Positions 51,501-64,000 of a stretch of 64,000 nucleotides of DNA are shown one piece after another. The DNA is taken from positions 28,073,175 through 28,137,174 of the forward strand of contig NC_092677.1 of NCBI RefSeq assembly GCF_964355755.1. The letters run 5' to 3'. The translations under genes and the position numbers were made by a program. The notes under the pieces were generated by a model, which searched no databases, was not told where the DNA came from, and saw only the letters and a program-made list of their open reading frames with translations. The stretch is from Antedon mediterranea. Taxonomy: Eukaryota > Animalia > Echinodermata. The first letter of the stretch is position 1. The number at the start of each line of letters is the position of its first letter.

Positions 51501-54500
51501 AATGTGTAATTCCAATATCAAACAGAGTATTATTATCACACACTGGTGTAACTTAACAAATAATAAAATAAAAGCAAAAGACAAAAAAAGTTTAAGGTTG
51601 GAGTTGTAAATTTATTTTGTATAAAAATCAGTACTGTATAATCATGTCAATAAAGGTATATTTCAAAGTATGTATTCATCAAATTATGTGTTTTGTTTTT
51701 AGTCAAACCAACATACAATTTAGAATATACTTTATTTACAAAACAATTTTTTATTGAAATTGTTACATGATGTCATAATGTTTATCAATACCAGAGTAAA
51801 AAAAGAGATTCTTCGTAAGTACTGAAATATATTTTGTTCCGTGACATTCTTTATCTGCTTCAAATGGCTGAATCAACAGATTTACAAAACAAGTATCAAT
51901 TTAAAATAACTAATAAGTTATGACTGTCAGATTTTCCCATCTCCCAAGGCAACTCCTTTCTATACTGAAATAGTTTTCTATTCTAGAGCATCCTGGTTGT
52001 TTTTCTCACGGAAAAAGTACACAATCCGTCTTGTACCATCAGGCTTCTTCTGTGAAAGGAATATCTTGGCCATGTCAACAAATGAAGAAACTGTGGATGA
52101 AAAAAAGGAAACATTATTATATACAGTATTCAAATAACAAAATTCAGAAACCAATACCTTCTGTAGGCAGCATCTTGGGTACCATTGCGATGAATTGCAC
52201 TTGGATGAAGAGAGGAAGGCCTAGCTTATTTTAGCTAGCCTAGCCCTAGCTAGCTAGGTAAACCTACTCTACTAGAAGTTTGTTTTAATTAGGGGCCTAG
52301 GTCTAGAACTTTCATTTTATGTTAGCCTGGTATTTTTGACTTATTTAACAATTGAAAAACTAAAACAGGTTGCCTGACAGAATAGCAATAGGTGGCCGAT
52401 AGGCCTAGCAACAGCGTCTATCTGGAATAGCATGTGGGCGGAGCTTACCAGCATCTCGCCGCCGAAACTGAGTAAAGGTGGTTCAGAAATCTTTTATTTT
52501 TGGTATTTGGTCGGAATTGGTCGCAAATAAAAACGGGACCACAATATATATAGATGTTATTGGTTTCACATATCTGAGCTAGACATTAGGCAATTTTAGG
52601 TATATGTCTCTAAATGCTGATATAAAAGACGATACATTTCGTAAAAGGCCATTGCATACTTACCGAAAATCCACCTAAAAAGCGTGTTTCTTTGTGAAAA
52701 TACACATTTTAAAAAATGGAAACGCTTGTGTAACGTGTGCAAAATAGTCTCAAATCAGTCGTTAAGTGTTAAACCACTTATTTTATTTTAAAAAACCAAA
52801 AAGGATTTCTGAAAAAAAACGACTGGTAACAAGTCTAATGCCAATCTACACGTTGGTGGCAGCATATTCAGTAATTGGCGGTGCCGCGCGTATGGGACCA
52901 AAGGGGAAGTTAGTTTATTCATAAAACAATAGAGAACAATAGCGATTTAATTGCATTAACACGCCTCAACGGCTCGTGAGTTTTCCATGTAATTTAACTC
53001 TTCCCTGGTTTAATACAGTAATAATACATAAAATAAATTTTTTTTTAATTTTTGGAATATAATGATAAAGTTTAAACTATAGATAGGCATAATGATACTT
53101 CCTTAACTAAGGAAAGGGGCATTGCTCAATGACGAACCAGTGCATGTCCCTTACTTAGTGTCCCCATCCTTTACTAATAAAGGGGCATTGCTCTATGGAG
53201 AAGCAGTATTGGTCCCTTAATTAGTGTTCCTATCATTTAAGTAAAGGAGCATTGCTCTATGGAGAAGCAGTATAGGTCCCTTAATTAGTGTTCCTATCAT
53301 TTAAGTAAAGGAGCATTGCTCTATGGAGAACCTTACTTAGTGTCCTTTACTAAGGGCCATTGCTCCTAAAAATTAGTGAATGTAATTGTTTGTGACATGT
53401 ACACTATATAAAAGGCGTAACCACTTTAGGATTCTCACATTTATATAAAAAGGATGTGACCCATTGACCTCGCGTAACTAATGTTGTTGAATGATTCATA
53501 CTACACTAAGCAAAGTGCATCTTAATCCATACAAAATGCTTGCATTTGCAATATAATATTTGTTTTTGCACACAAGTATAGCTTTATAGTTTTGGTTAAA
53601 GCCAAGACCATTAAATTAAAAAATATATTATAAACTTTATTTTGCAAATTCAGTATAACAATGGATATGTAAACATTTGACTTAGATTGTGTGATATATA
53701 GACTTAGAGTGTTGGACATTAGTATATTATACTTAGAGTGTGGGACATATAGACTTAGAGTGTGGGACATATAGACTTAGAGTGTGGGACATATAGATTT
53801 AGAGTGTGGGAAATATAGACTTAGAGTGTGGGACATATAGACTTAGAGTGTGGGACATATAGACTTAGAGTGTGGGACATATAGACTTAGAGTGTGGGAC
53901 ATATAGACTTAGAGTGTGGGACATATAGACTTAGAGTGTGGGACATATAGACTTAGAGTGTGGGACATATACTTTAAAAGCTTTTATAAACATAAAAGGA
54001 TAAAAAAGTTTTTTCCTTTTTTGGTAATATTTATTCTCAAAAACAGATTAACGTGATAACAGTGGACGTCACATGGCCCTAGCAAAAGGGTTCAACTAAA
54101 GCGACCTGGATTACACAATCAAATATTGACCCCCTTGCGGAAGAGGCATTAGTGTATTGCCCTCCTGTGTCCCAATAAATCTAGATACAAAAGGGTAATG
54201 CATCGAGTCAATGATCGGCCTTCAACAATTTGGATGAAGATCAAATATTTGACAAAGCACCCTTCAAAAATCACCAAAGATAACACTTCGACCCTGATGA
54301 CAAGCTATCAATACATTTCCCTTCACAAATCTGGATATAAAACTAACAGCTGATGATTAAATACATTTATTTTTTAGTGTTTAACTATTTTAATATTAAG
54401 ATAACCTTAAACTGTAATCTTATCGTCGGATACTTGTTCATCTAAACAGTATATGCCCTTTCTGTAACATTATTTCATATAATTTATGTGCATTTTCAAA

Positions 54501-57426
54501 ACTCATGTAGAAAATTGTACCTAAATATTACACATTGTACATATAACTGATGGTAATGACAACAATCAGGACCCTGGGGATAATTGTTGTATCCTGGGGA
54601 TAATTGTTGTACCCTGGGGATAAATATTGTAGCCTGGGGATAATTATTGTACCTAGGGATAAATATCACCCTAGTTATAATATTTTGAACTGTCCTAGAT
54701 ATCTTGCAGGCTGTGGCTAGCATATAATGTTTCTGATCCTACACTTGGGTCAGCCTTTGATGCTTTTCTACTCATTAAGATGGGTATCAACATTTCCTGT
54801 TGAAATAAAGTATTAACTAATAAACTCCAACTAAGCACTTCTGTGTAGAGTTTCTTAACAGAAATCAGTATTTTTAGATAATACACTGTAGTGGAATATT
54901 TCCATACACCACCACCAGTTGAACTAAGATATACACTGTAGATAATACACTGTAGTGGAGTATTTCCATACACCACCACCAGTTGAACTAAGATATACAC
55001 TGTAGATAATACACTGTAGTGGAGTATTTCCATACACCACCACCAGTTGAACTAAGATATACACTGTAGATAATACACTGACTGTAGTGGAATATTTCCA
55101 TACACCACCACCAGTTGAACTAAGCATTTAGACAGTTTCTTCCGTAAATACATAAAAATAAATATTTTAATTTGATACATTATGTAGTAATGTACAGTAG
55201 AAGACATTAATGTTGTATATAAAGTGTGCATGCAGAATGTTAAAAGCATAACTAAAATTTCAGATACTTTACCATACTTTACCATATTGCAATAAACAAA
55301 ATTAAATTTTATATACAGTATCTAAATTCCTACATTTTGTCTAACATGGACATCTTAGAGTAATACACCGTTAATCCTTCAGATTAGATGAGATCCTTAT
55401 TATTGGAAGGGATTAATACATAATCAATAATCATCCCTATACAGGAGATGTTGGAACCACTGATTAACTGATTACATGTCCGGTCTAGGATTTAAATATT
55501 ATTAAATTCATCCAAATAACAGTTTTGAAACGTTCATAATTCTAATAAAACACAGACATAAGCATTTCAAAAGATAAGAAGGATTTCAAAAGATAACAAG
55601 GATTTCAAAATATAACAAGGATTTCCTAAAGTAATGCTTTTGATGAGCAAGCTACAGTAGTACTAAGTTTTAGTTTTAACTTTTTTATTTCTGGAAACTC
55701 GGGAAAATATTGGTTAACTTTCTCTCAATTTAGTGTGAATGCAGGTGCATTAAAAACATAACACAGGGGTCGGTATAAGTACTATGTTGCTAGCATTAGA
55801 TTTATAGATGAAATATTAGCAAAAAAAATATCAAAAAAATACTTAAATATTAATTTATTCTCACCATGGTTACCAACAACTGGCATGTAGGGAAGCTTTG
55901 TAGCCAAACTTTGAATTCTATTCATAAAATCATCGCCAACCTGAAATAAGAAAAACAAACTTTGTTTGTAGTTGACTGTTTGATAAGTTAGACTACAAAA
56001 TATACTTGGAAAATATACACAAATTGAAAAAAATTATTCTCTCTCTTTCCTAACATTCAGTTCGACCAAGAGAACTTGTATGTTAAAAATACCTTGAGCA
56101 CTTTTAGTAGATATGTGCCCGATATAAATTTATAATATTATAAAGCCTGCTTGTTTAGGATAACACTCACCTTACCGCCCTCATCATGAAGATCATATGC
56201 AAAATCCCCGATATGAATGATGGCATCCATCAGTCCTGACGACGCCTCCCGGTTGAGTGGCAACAGGGTCGGAGCACCACCTTTGACACCCATGTCACCA
56301 TAAATGAGGAGATTTGGAGACCAGTTGTATCCATCCCTCATAGCTGTGAACTCAAAGGGCTGGCTATCTTCATCATCTGTTTGGACCTTGAAGGTGTACT
56401 TGCTACCTGGTGTAAGGTTCTACCAAAAAAAGATTACAATAAATTTAAATGCAGTAAGTATTTGTAATGATAATTTGGGTGGATCCAAGAAGGGTTCAAA
56501 CAGAAATAGTAATCCACCCCAGATAATGATATTAACACCATCTCTTTCACATGAAAGAACAATAAAAAGACTGTCCTCATAAAAACTGATGGTACAGTTG
56601 TAGCATGTTGAGATATTTTTTCATTGTTTTCAACATTTTGTAATTCTCTCCCAATCTCACCTTTAACTTCACCCGATGTAAATATTGAAGGCCGTCAGGA
56701 TTTCCAAAGGTAAAATGTTTACTTGTCCCAGTGGCCTGCTCAGTTTTGTTATCATTAACCAGGCCGTACAAGACAGACGGCACTCCAGGGGACGGAGTAC
56801 TCCAGACAACTACCATTTCTGTAGGGTTGTCTCCATAAGAAATGTGAATCTGTTCTGGTACAGGTTTTATGATCATCTTCTCTGATCGACGTGGTCTTCT
56901 ATTTAGGGGACTGTTCAAAACTGGCCCTAAAATAAAAAACAAAGAAATGAAGTATTGTAAACAAATATCTTATAAAACAATTTTTTGGTAATAGAATTAT
57001 TCGATAATAGAATCATTACTGCAAATTGAAAGCGTTTTTTTTTTGGTATCAAAGTAAATGGAAATCATACAGAGATTCCTGAATGAGACTGCATTTTCCT
57101 ATTAACTTTAGTTTGAGTTTATCACAAACCAATATTAACAATGTTTAAAATAAATTAATCAACAATCATCAGTGCTTACCAAGTCCACCATAAATGAGAC
57201 TGCATTTTCCTATTAACTTTAGTTTGAGTTTATCACAAACCAATATTAACAATGTTTAAAATAAATTAATCAACAATCATCAGTGCTTACCAAGTCCACC
57301 ATAAATGGCATGAATCCATTTGAGGGTGTCACTGTCAATTGTTGGCATCGTCTCTTCTCTATCTTGTAGTTTGTCATTTCGTACGACAGTCACATGCAAA
57401 AGCAGTATACAGATTGCAATATACAT
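45585..57426 (-). CDS. ACP7: Acid phosphatase type 7 (Fe/Zn purple acid phosphatase-like)
   Basis: Exons 57291-57426, 56661-56926, 56171-56419, 55865-55940, 50153-50270, 49513-49704, 46115-46320, 45585-45754; [10 protein letters not shown]-domain and metal ligands [30 protein letters not shown]. The start may lie further upstream (frame open to the acceptor at ~57452). Confidence 0.92.
48042..48185. mobile_element. MITE family B copy, ACP7 intron
   Basis: TAAGCTCTGTGTACACTATCAAACT...AGTTTGATAGTGTAGACAAGGCTTTA. Confidence 0.85.
50407..53007 (-). mobile_element. Non-autonomous P-superfamily DNA transposon in an ACP7 intron
   Basis: Perfect 33-bp TIRs CAGGGAAGAGTTAAATTACATGGAAAACTCACG; 7-bp TSD GTTTAAT; decayed minus-strand peptide at ~51925-52090 [12 protein letters not shown]...[31 protein letters not shown], resembling the P-transposase QDxLExxFxxxR motif. 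Confidence 0.85.
53731..53971. repeat. 22-bp minisatellite (ACTTAGAGTGTGGGACATATAG) x~11
   Basis: Direct tandem units. Confidence 0.95.
54571..54665. repeat. Degenerate 20-bp tandem repeat (ACCCTGGGGATAATTGTTGT) x~4-5
   Basis: Direct tandem units. Confidence 0.85.
54875..55124. repeat. 64-bp tandem repeat x~4
   Basis: Units start at 54875, 54939, 55003, 55067. Confidence 0.92.
57082..57307. repeat. 111-bp tandem duplication spanning an ACP7 exon/intron boundary
   Basis: AATGAGACTGC...GTGCTTACCAAGTCCACCATA at 57082 and 57193. Confidence 0.93.
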
Positions 57427-60205
57427 TTTAACTAACACTTCATAACCATCAACTAAGAATAAAATATAAATTGACTAAATTGAAATAAATCAAACGTATA
57501 CTAAATTTATATTATTATAATGAAATGGAAATGACAACACTGTATAAATCAATGAATAATAATCACAGACAATAATAAAACAATATGAGACTTTGTTGAT
57601 GATGAATTATTTATTAAGTATTTATCATATCAATTTGCATAATTAAATATTGTTTTTTAATAATTCATGAAACGATGGATCAATGTAATAAAATTTAATA
57701 ACCTTACTAAACTAAAGTACTACTTGACTTATTTGAGTTGTTAGCCTATTATTGTATGATACGGGCAGGGGGTATTACACAACAAGAGGAAGTGTTATAT
57801 AGGGGATGATTAAACTTCCTGGTAGTCGTGGTGTAGCCCAGCTAGGCCTAATTTAGTTGACTAGCTGCTGCGCGTAACATGTAGCCTATAGGCGAGGCTA
57901 CCAACCAATACAATTGGCCTAACTAACAACCTAATAAGCTGGTCGTTGTATGGCCTAGCTTAGCTAGGTCTAAGATACTTGAATTCTTCAATAGACAAAT
58001 ATATATATTTTATACCAATAGCATCTGATTTCGGAAATCTGGAGTAGTTTTTGTCATTGTTCATTGTACAAAAGGTTCAAAATATGCTTCGTGTCATTTC
58101 GCGATCATGAAAATCCTGAAAAAACAACAAACTTGTGTTTTGATTAGTAGTGTGTTTATCCAGCCGTCGTAAAACGTGTCTGGATGATGAGTGGCCATGG
58201 CCGGCACGGCGCGCCAATGGCGCTAAAATTTGAATGTCCGCACGCTGGCTCTCTAAATCTTGACCTGCTGGACAGGTGGTGTTAGGCATAGCAATAGCTA
58301 GACCTGACCTAACTGGTACTAGGCCTAGGTAGAAGGCTTTATCTACCTAGAGTAGGCCTAACTAGCAAGTTTTAGACAAGGCAGCTTTTAACAAGAGGAC
58401 AACAAAGTCAAGGCCATCATCAGGACGCAAAAGTCAAAGAGAAGGCAAAAACCACAATCAATCTGGGAGGAACGCCTGTCTCCCCGGTGCCCCATCCATG
58501 TGATGTGACCACAATCCGGAAGTTAGACCTAATTAGTATTTAAAACGATGTGAGTACCGTGACACTTGCTTTTATCAAATTCTGGATCCTTTTTTATGTA
58601 GGCCTAAACTTGATTAAATAATAGTAGATCACCTAGCTAATCAATAAGGAGTAAATTAATACAATTATCGTATAGCCTAGCCCTTTTAGGCCTACTATAA
58701 TTAATTAAAAATAGAATACTGAATACTAATAGTACTAGGCCAAGGCTAGGGCCTAGTCTAGTTAGGGGCCTACTACTACTAGTACTACTACGTACTAGGC
58801 CTAGGCCTAGTAGTATTACTAACTAAATTAGGCCTAAGCTAAAAGAAAAGAAATTTATTTTATTAAATTGTAAAGCATTGATATAGTATCCGCCGAATGG
58901 AAGAATTTACCGTTTGCAATTTAATGATACAGCCACAGGGAAAAATTTCATTTTAAAATTTTGTTTAGCAATATTGCGAATCAAACTGATTTTTTAGTCA
59001 AGAATCATAGTTTTCTATCGTATTTTTTGCTACACAATTGTAGAAATGTGTAGCAAGAAGGTTGTTTTGTATAGCTTTTTGCTATGCTACACTGGTGAAA
59101 TTATTCCCTGAGCCAGTAACATGGATCATGTATTTTTTATTATGCATGTAGGCCCTATGATATATGGGGCCTACATTAATTAGCAAACGTCGAGTAAATT
59201 GTAGGCCTACATTTTAAAGGAGATTCTCTTGTGATTAATGAGAATCTCCAACTATTTTTGATGATTTTTGTAGGCCTAAAACGTTAGCCTACTCAAGAGC
59301 TGCTTGGGAGAAACGATCAGAGTTAAGAAATCTTTAGTTACAGTATTTCTTTTTTTTCTTGAATTATTGCTTTATAAATATTCTGGTACTTTGGTGTATT
59401 TTATAAGTATGATATATTTTTTACTATAATACTACTCCTCCTTCAGCATGGGTTAGCATCTAAAATATAAAAGTCCTACAAATGCAAAGAATCGCTTAAC
59501 ATTTAAACAAAAAATGAATCGTCTTGCATTTTAGGACATGTAGGCCTACATTGTTGTTCGAATTATCTTATCAAGTCCATAACGACAATAGACTTTTCAA
59601 AATTATCGCAATGATGAACATCGAAGACATCGATTAGCATTAAATATTGTTCATTGAACTTTATGAGGGAAAAAACCACATGAGATCAATCCTCTGAAAA
59701 CTACGTGTTACTAGGCGTGACGTGTGCTGTACACAAACAGTAGGCCAAGAAAAATCGTTACATCTCTATTTTGTTTATTCTGTCAACACAGTTTAAATTA
59801 CATACGCTCGAATATTGGATAGAAAAGACATCATTAATACATGATTTAACCCATACACAAAAGAACAATCAAAATATGTGGTTTGATAATGGAATAGTGC
59901 AAACAAAATTGGTCACTACAAAAAGGTATAGCGTATATAAGATACAACAAAAACAGCAGAAATTTGCCGACTCTCTTGTCTAAAAAATAAATGCGGCCTT
60001 TGTGTCGCGTGCTGCACGGGATTTGATACAGCTGACATGGTTACGAACTAACTGAACTAGATTTTACGCTTGACATTTCTGATTCCAACATAAAGTAAAT
60101 TGAGAGAAAGTATTATAATAATTAATATCTATTTTTTACTTACAGTAAAACTTTAAGTTGGTATACCGTACTTAAGTTGAAAACAAGTGACGCGTCGCCA
60201 TTCGT

Positions 60206-60300
60206 TAAAGCGTGGTTCCCACAGTAGAGACGCGCGCGCGCAACGCAAAAACGTACGCGCAACGAAAGCGAGTTGACCAATGACAAACCACTGTTCGAAT
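60206..60300. mobile_element. MITE family A, left half only
   Basis: TAAAGCGTGGTTCCCACAGTAG...GCGAGTTGACCAATGACAA. Confidence 0.65.
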
Positions 60301-63300
60301 GAATGATTATTATCCGTTTAATTTTATAATCTATTAATATCATGTTATATCAACATGCACTTGCATGATGTTGACTGTTTACATGTTATATCAACATGCA
60401 CTTGCATGATGTTGACTGTTTACATGTTATGTATTTGATTTTTTAAATATATTTTTTGGCTTGTCTACCACAAGCATTATGCTTTTTTTAACATGCATTT
60501 ATCAACTTCAACTTGTTTTACCTTCATTTTGTTTAACTGTTGTTATTTAAGTAAATAAATGTCACTTTGAATTGAATTGAATTGAGGGATGTTGGAGGCC
60601 GTCAGACGGTAAGATGTAAGGTAATATCTAAAAAGGCGGTAGAGACACTAGTTATACAAATGAACACATTGCTAGTTAATGGAGCGTTAATGACGTTTGA
60701 ATAGAGAACTGAAGCTGAACTCTGGTTCAACTTTACCTTGTGAAAGGTGACTGTACGTTTGTTTGTTTTTATCGTGTTTTATACGACGGAACGGTTGCGT
60801 TCAGTCGACCAAAATGTTTAATCAACACCGTTAGTTAATCAATTGCCTCCTAATTTCTTGTCAGCCTGATAACTAGTCAGTTTGTGTGTTTGTCGGTTAG
60901 TCCGACTATCTTTGGGGTTTTCCAGTGTTTGATTATGCTTCACTCATCATTTCGACAGCTGTGACGTAAGTTTTATAAATATTTTGTTTTCAAATGTGAA
61001 GAAATATTAGGTGCAGCACCGTTAAGAAAGTAACACATTTAAATTTGTGAGAGCTAACTTGCTTCTCAAGAATCGTTTGCGATGATATGTTTCTCTTTTG
61101 TATTTTGTGTTTGGTTTTATTTCTTTTTTAGGTGTGATTTCCAGTAGTTTTTTTCCATAAATAATTTTTCTTTCTACGCATTGAACGATATCACTGTAAA
61201 AGCCTAATACAAACATACTTATTTTACAGTATTCTAAAATAGAAAACAGAAAATAGTTTCATTTAAAGCCATGGCTGCCAAATATCGTGACATGTCAAGT
61301 GTCCGTTAAACCGTTGATCCATCGTTCAGCTACAGGTTCCGTTAAATTACGCTAACCTCATTCCATGTGACATACATCTATTCATTTGTAATAGAGACGG
61401 AACTTGTGTTTTCTAGGTTTGTACTTTTAAAATAGAACTTTACAGGTATTGAGGCCAATGTACTTGAAACCTACTATTGTTCATTGCATTCAAATTCAAA
61501 AGAGAAAGTTTAGATTAAATTATTTGGCGACTTACAATGCGTAGTATTTTCACATAATATTATTGACTTTTGAATGGTGAACTTTGCTTTGGTAAGTTTA
61601 GCAGCTCCACACTTATGTTCTTGCTTTAAAGATACAAACAACATTTGTATGATTCCAAAGCTACTCGATGTACTCGATGTCGAAACTAATTAATGCTTCG
61701 TGGATTATCGTATGGGTTTTGCTACAGAAACCCACAATTTAGTTAATGTTCATAAAAACGTCAAATTAGCGAAGAGTGTTCTGAAGTTGGAACAGTTTAT
61801 ATTAACAGGTGTTTGAACCTGCTGCAAAACACACATGTTGTTGATATGTTGTAATAGGCTGCAGGAAATACGGGAGGAGGAAGGTTGTCTTTTTAAAAGG
61901 TCAATGTTTGTAACAAATTAATGAATCACATTATATCCCTGATCATCGATCCACTATGTTAGCAGCGACACACATGAACGACGTAACTACTAAATCCATT
62001 ACCTGATCATGCCCTCTATATGTTATGATTACGCGTCCCCCGTCGATGATCTTGTTTTTTATGACGATTCGTTTTGTCACACGTTGACGTCAATTTTGTG
62101 TGTACTTTTAAAATCAATATCGATACACTAGTAGTATAGCATCTATGTAGTAATTGTTTCAACGTACGCGTAAACATACTAATTATTGCTGCAAATCAAT
62201 TCAACCTAACATTTTTGTTGTCAAAATTAGGTTACGAATTGTTAACAAAAAATGCGCGCGATTTAGTCAAAAATTAATAGTAGTTTGGTGTGATAGAACA
62301 AACAAAAGTTTCAGAGCCTTACAATATGTCTCTGATTAATTTAGCGCAATAGCGCCCTCTATATTTTACTAACAGTATAACTTTTAAAAAAGTAACTTAC
62401 TGTATTATATAAAAAATGACAATTGACGATGATAGATAGAATAGTTATTATTAGACTCCCATGAGGGCGTCATTCAGGTTATTCTCCGTGAGTGAACTTT
62501 CATATGACAGCTAAGTTAATAGTGTTCACATGCTAAGTCAACAACTGATTTAAGAAAGTCACTTAAACACTTTAAGCAACAATAGCTTGCTTAAATAAAG
62601 AGCGTTTAAAATAGCTCCAAAGTTTACCGAGTGTTGTTGTTTACGTGTTAACTTTCGACACGCGTTTGTCCACATGTTTATTCAATAATCTGAGAATCCA
62701 GAGGCAGTAATATTTGTGGTTAAGAAAAATGATATGACATCTTTAAAAATGTCGGTAGCAATGATATGACAGTTATTGCGACATTTCCAATGTGTCCTGG
62801 TATGTTGGATGCATAGTTGTTTTTATCAATTTATCGTTTTGTTTTTTTATCAAACTAGGCTTTACCCGGATAAATTCATATATACAGTATTTGCAATGGT
62901 CAAATTGGTAAAATGGTCAATTTTTATCAATAAGATTAACCGGGTACGGTCCTGTATTGATATGCCTCATTCATGACACTACACCCCTCTTTGGAAATAG
63001 GTAATATGATGATCCTATAGCAACATGATAATTGATTATCTCGCCCACATCTCAAAGTTCACGTAATCTATCTGTATATTAAACTTAAATAAATAGATAA
63101 ACACAGAAAAGGGTCAATGCTTTTCACAATGGGGTTAGCGGTAATCAAGTTTCGCCATACCTAGGTGTTGTGTGTTTGTTCGTGGTTTTACCTTACTCCT
63201 TTATGTGTCCTGTATTGTTTGTATTACTATGCTTTAATTACTAAAGAGTGCATTTGTGAATGACATAATCTCGCTGGGTATTCGGTGTCCGTCCGGCAAA

Positions 63301-63303
63301 AAT

Positions 63304-63682
63304 TATGTCAAGAAGCACTGTCCTATCTGATAATGTTCTAGAACACATTGTCCTTACTATGTCAAGAAGCACTGTCCTATCTGATTATAGAACACATTGT
63401 CCTTACTATGTTAAGAAGCACTGTCCTATCTGATAATGTTCTAGAACACATTGTCCTTACTATGTTAAGAAGCACTGTCCTATCTGATAATGTTCTAGAA
63501 CACATTGTCCTTACTATGTCAAGAAGCACTGTCCTATCTGATAATGTTCTAGAACACATTGTCCTTACTATGTCTAGAAACACTGTCCTATCTGATAATG
63601 TTCTAGAACACATTGTCCTTACTATGTCAAGAAGCACTGTCCTATCTGATAATGTTCTAGAACACAGTGTCCTTACTATGTT
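63304..63682. repeat. 54-bp minisatellite x~7
   Basis: Unit ATGTCAAGAAGCACTGTCCTATCTGATAATGTTCTAGAACACATTGTCCTTACT; explains ORFs 63348-63743 and 63377-63637. Confidence 0.95.
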
Positions 63683-64000
63683 AGTTTACATAGTATGTTT
63701 ATTCTTTTGTACGCCCTCTCATTTTTGTGACGTAATAGGCTAGTTAGGTGTTGTAGGCTATTTTGTGATTGCAAAGAATACGTCGACGAGTGGGTTACAG
63801 AATACAAGAATATGTTGGTGACGAATACCCTTTTTACACTATCGACTGAGAGAGGAACACGAGTTGCTCGGAGGCAATCAAATCACTATTGCAAGCGCAA
63901 TGGTATGGTTTGCGTTTAAACACTGGAACATATCGACAAATCTCATATAAAAACATAATAATCCGAATTTACACACAATTTATTTAATTTTGAATGTAGT

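Noticed and set aside
63348-63743. 131-aa ORF with 18-aa repeats
   Set aside because: 54-bp minisatellite open on both strands; no recognisable domain or splice context.
58000-64000. Short ORFs in the terminal 6 kb
   Set aside because: No recognisable protein similarity or consistent exon chain; likely UTR exons, intronic or intergenic DNA.

Overview
AT-rich, intron-containing animal genomic DNA, most likely a marine invertebrate (taxon is inference only). Spliced genes reconstructed by hand, left to right: VAC14 (minus strand, 5' 13 exons, including an AT-AC U12 intron); three tandem membrane dipeptidase (peptidase M19, DPEP-like) genes (minus); DNAJA2 (minus); WDR25 (plus); PSMC1/Rpt2 (minus); ACP7 purple acid phosphatase (minus). 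The middle dipeptidase gene lies in an apparently perfect 5,696-bp-period duplication and is a hybrid of its two neighbours, switching parent within 32 bp at the end of exon 5. PSMC1 intron 1 holds a young Ty3/Gypsy LTR element with identical LTRs, a -1 frameshift signal and no integrase; its Gag starts with a ComEA-like helix-hairpin-helix domain, the most unusual item in the window. An ACP7 intron holds a non-autonomous P-superfamily DNA transposon (33-bp TIRs, 7-bp TSD). Also present: two palindromic MITE families, a LINE 3' fragment and several minisatellites. No RNA genes or CRISPR arrays were seen. Exon coordinates were read by eye and may be off by a few bases.
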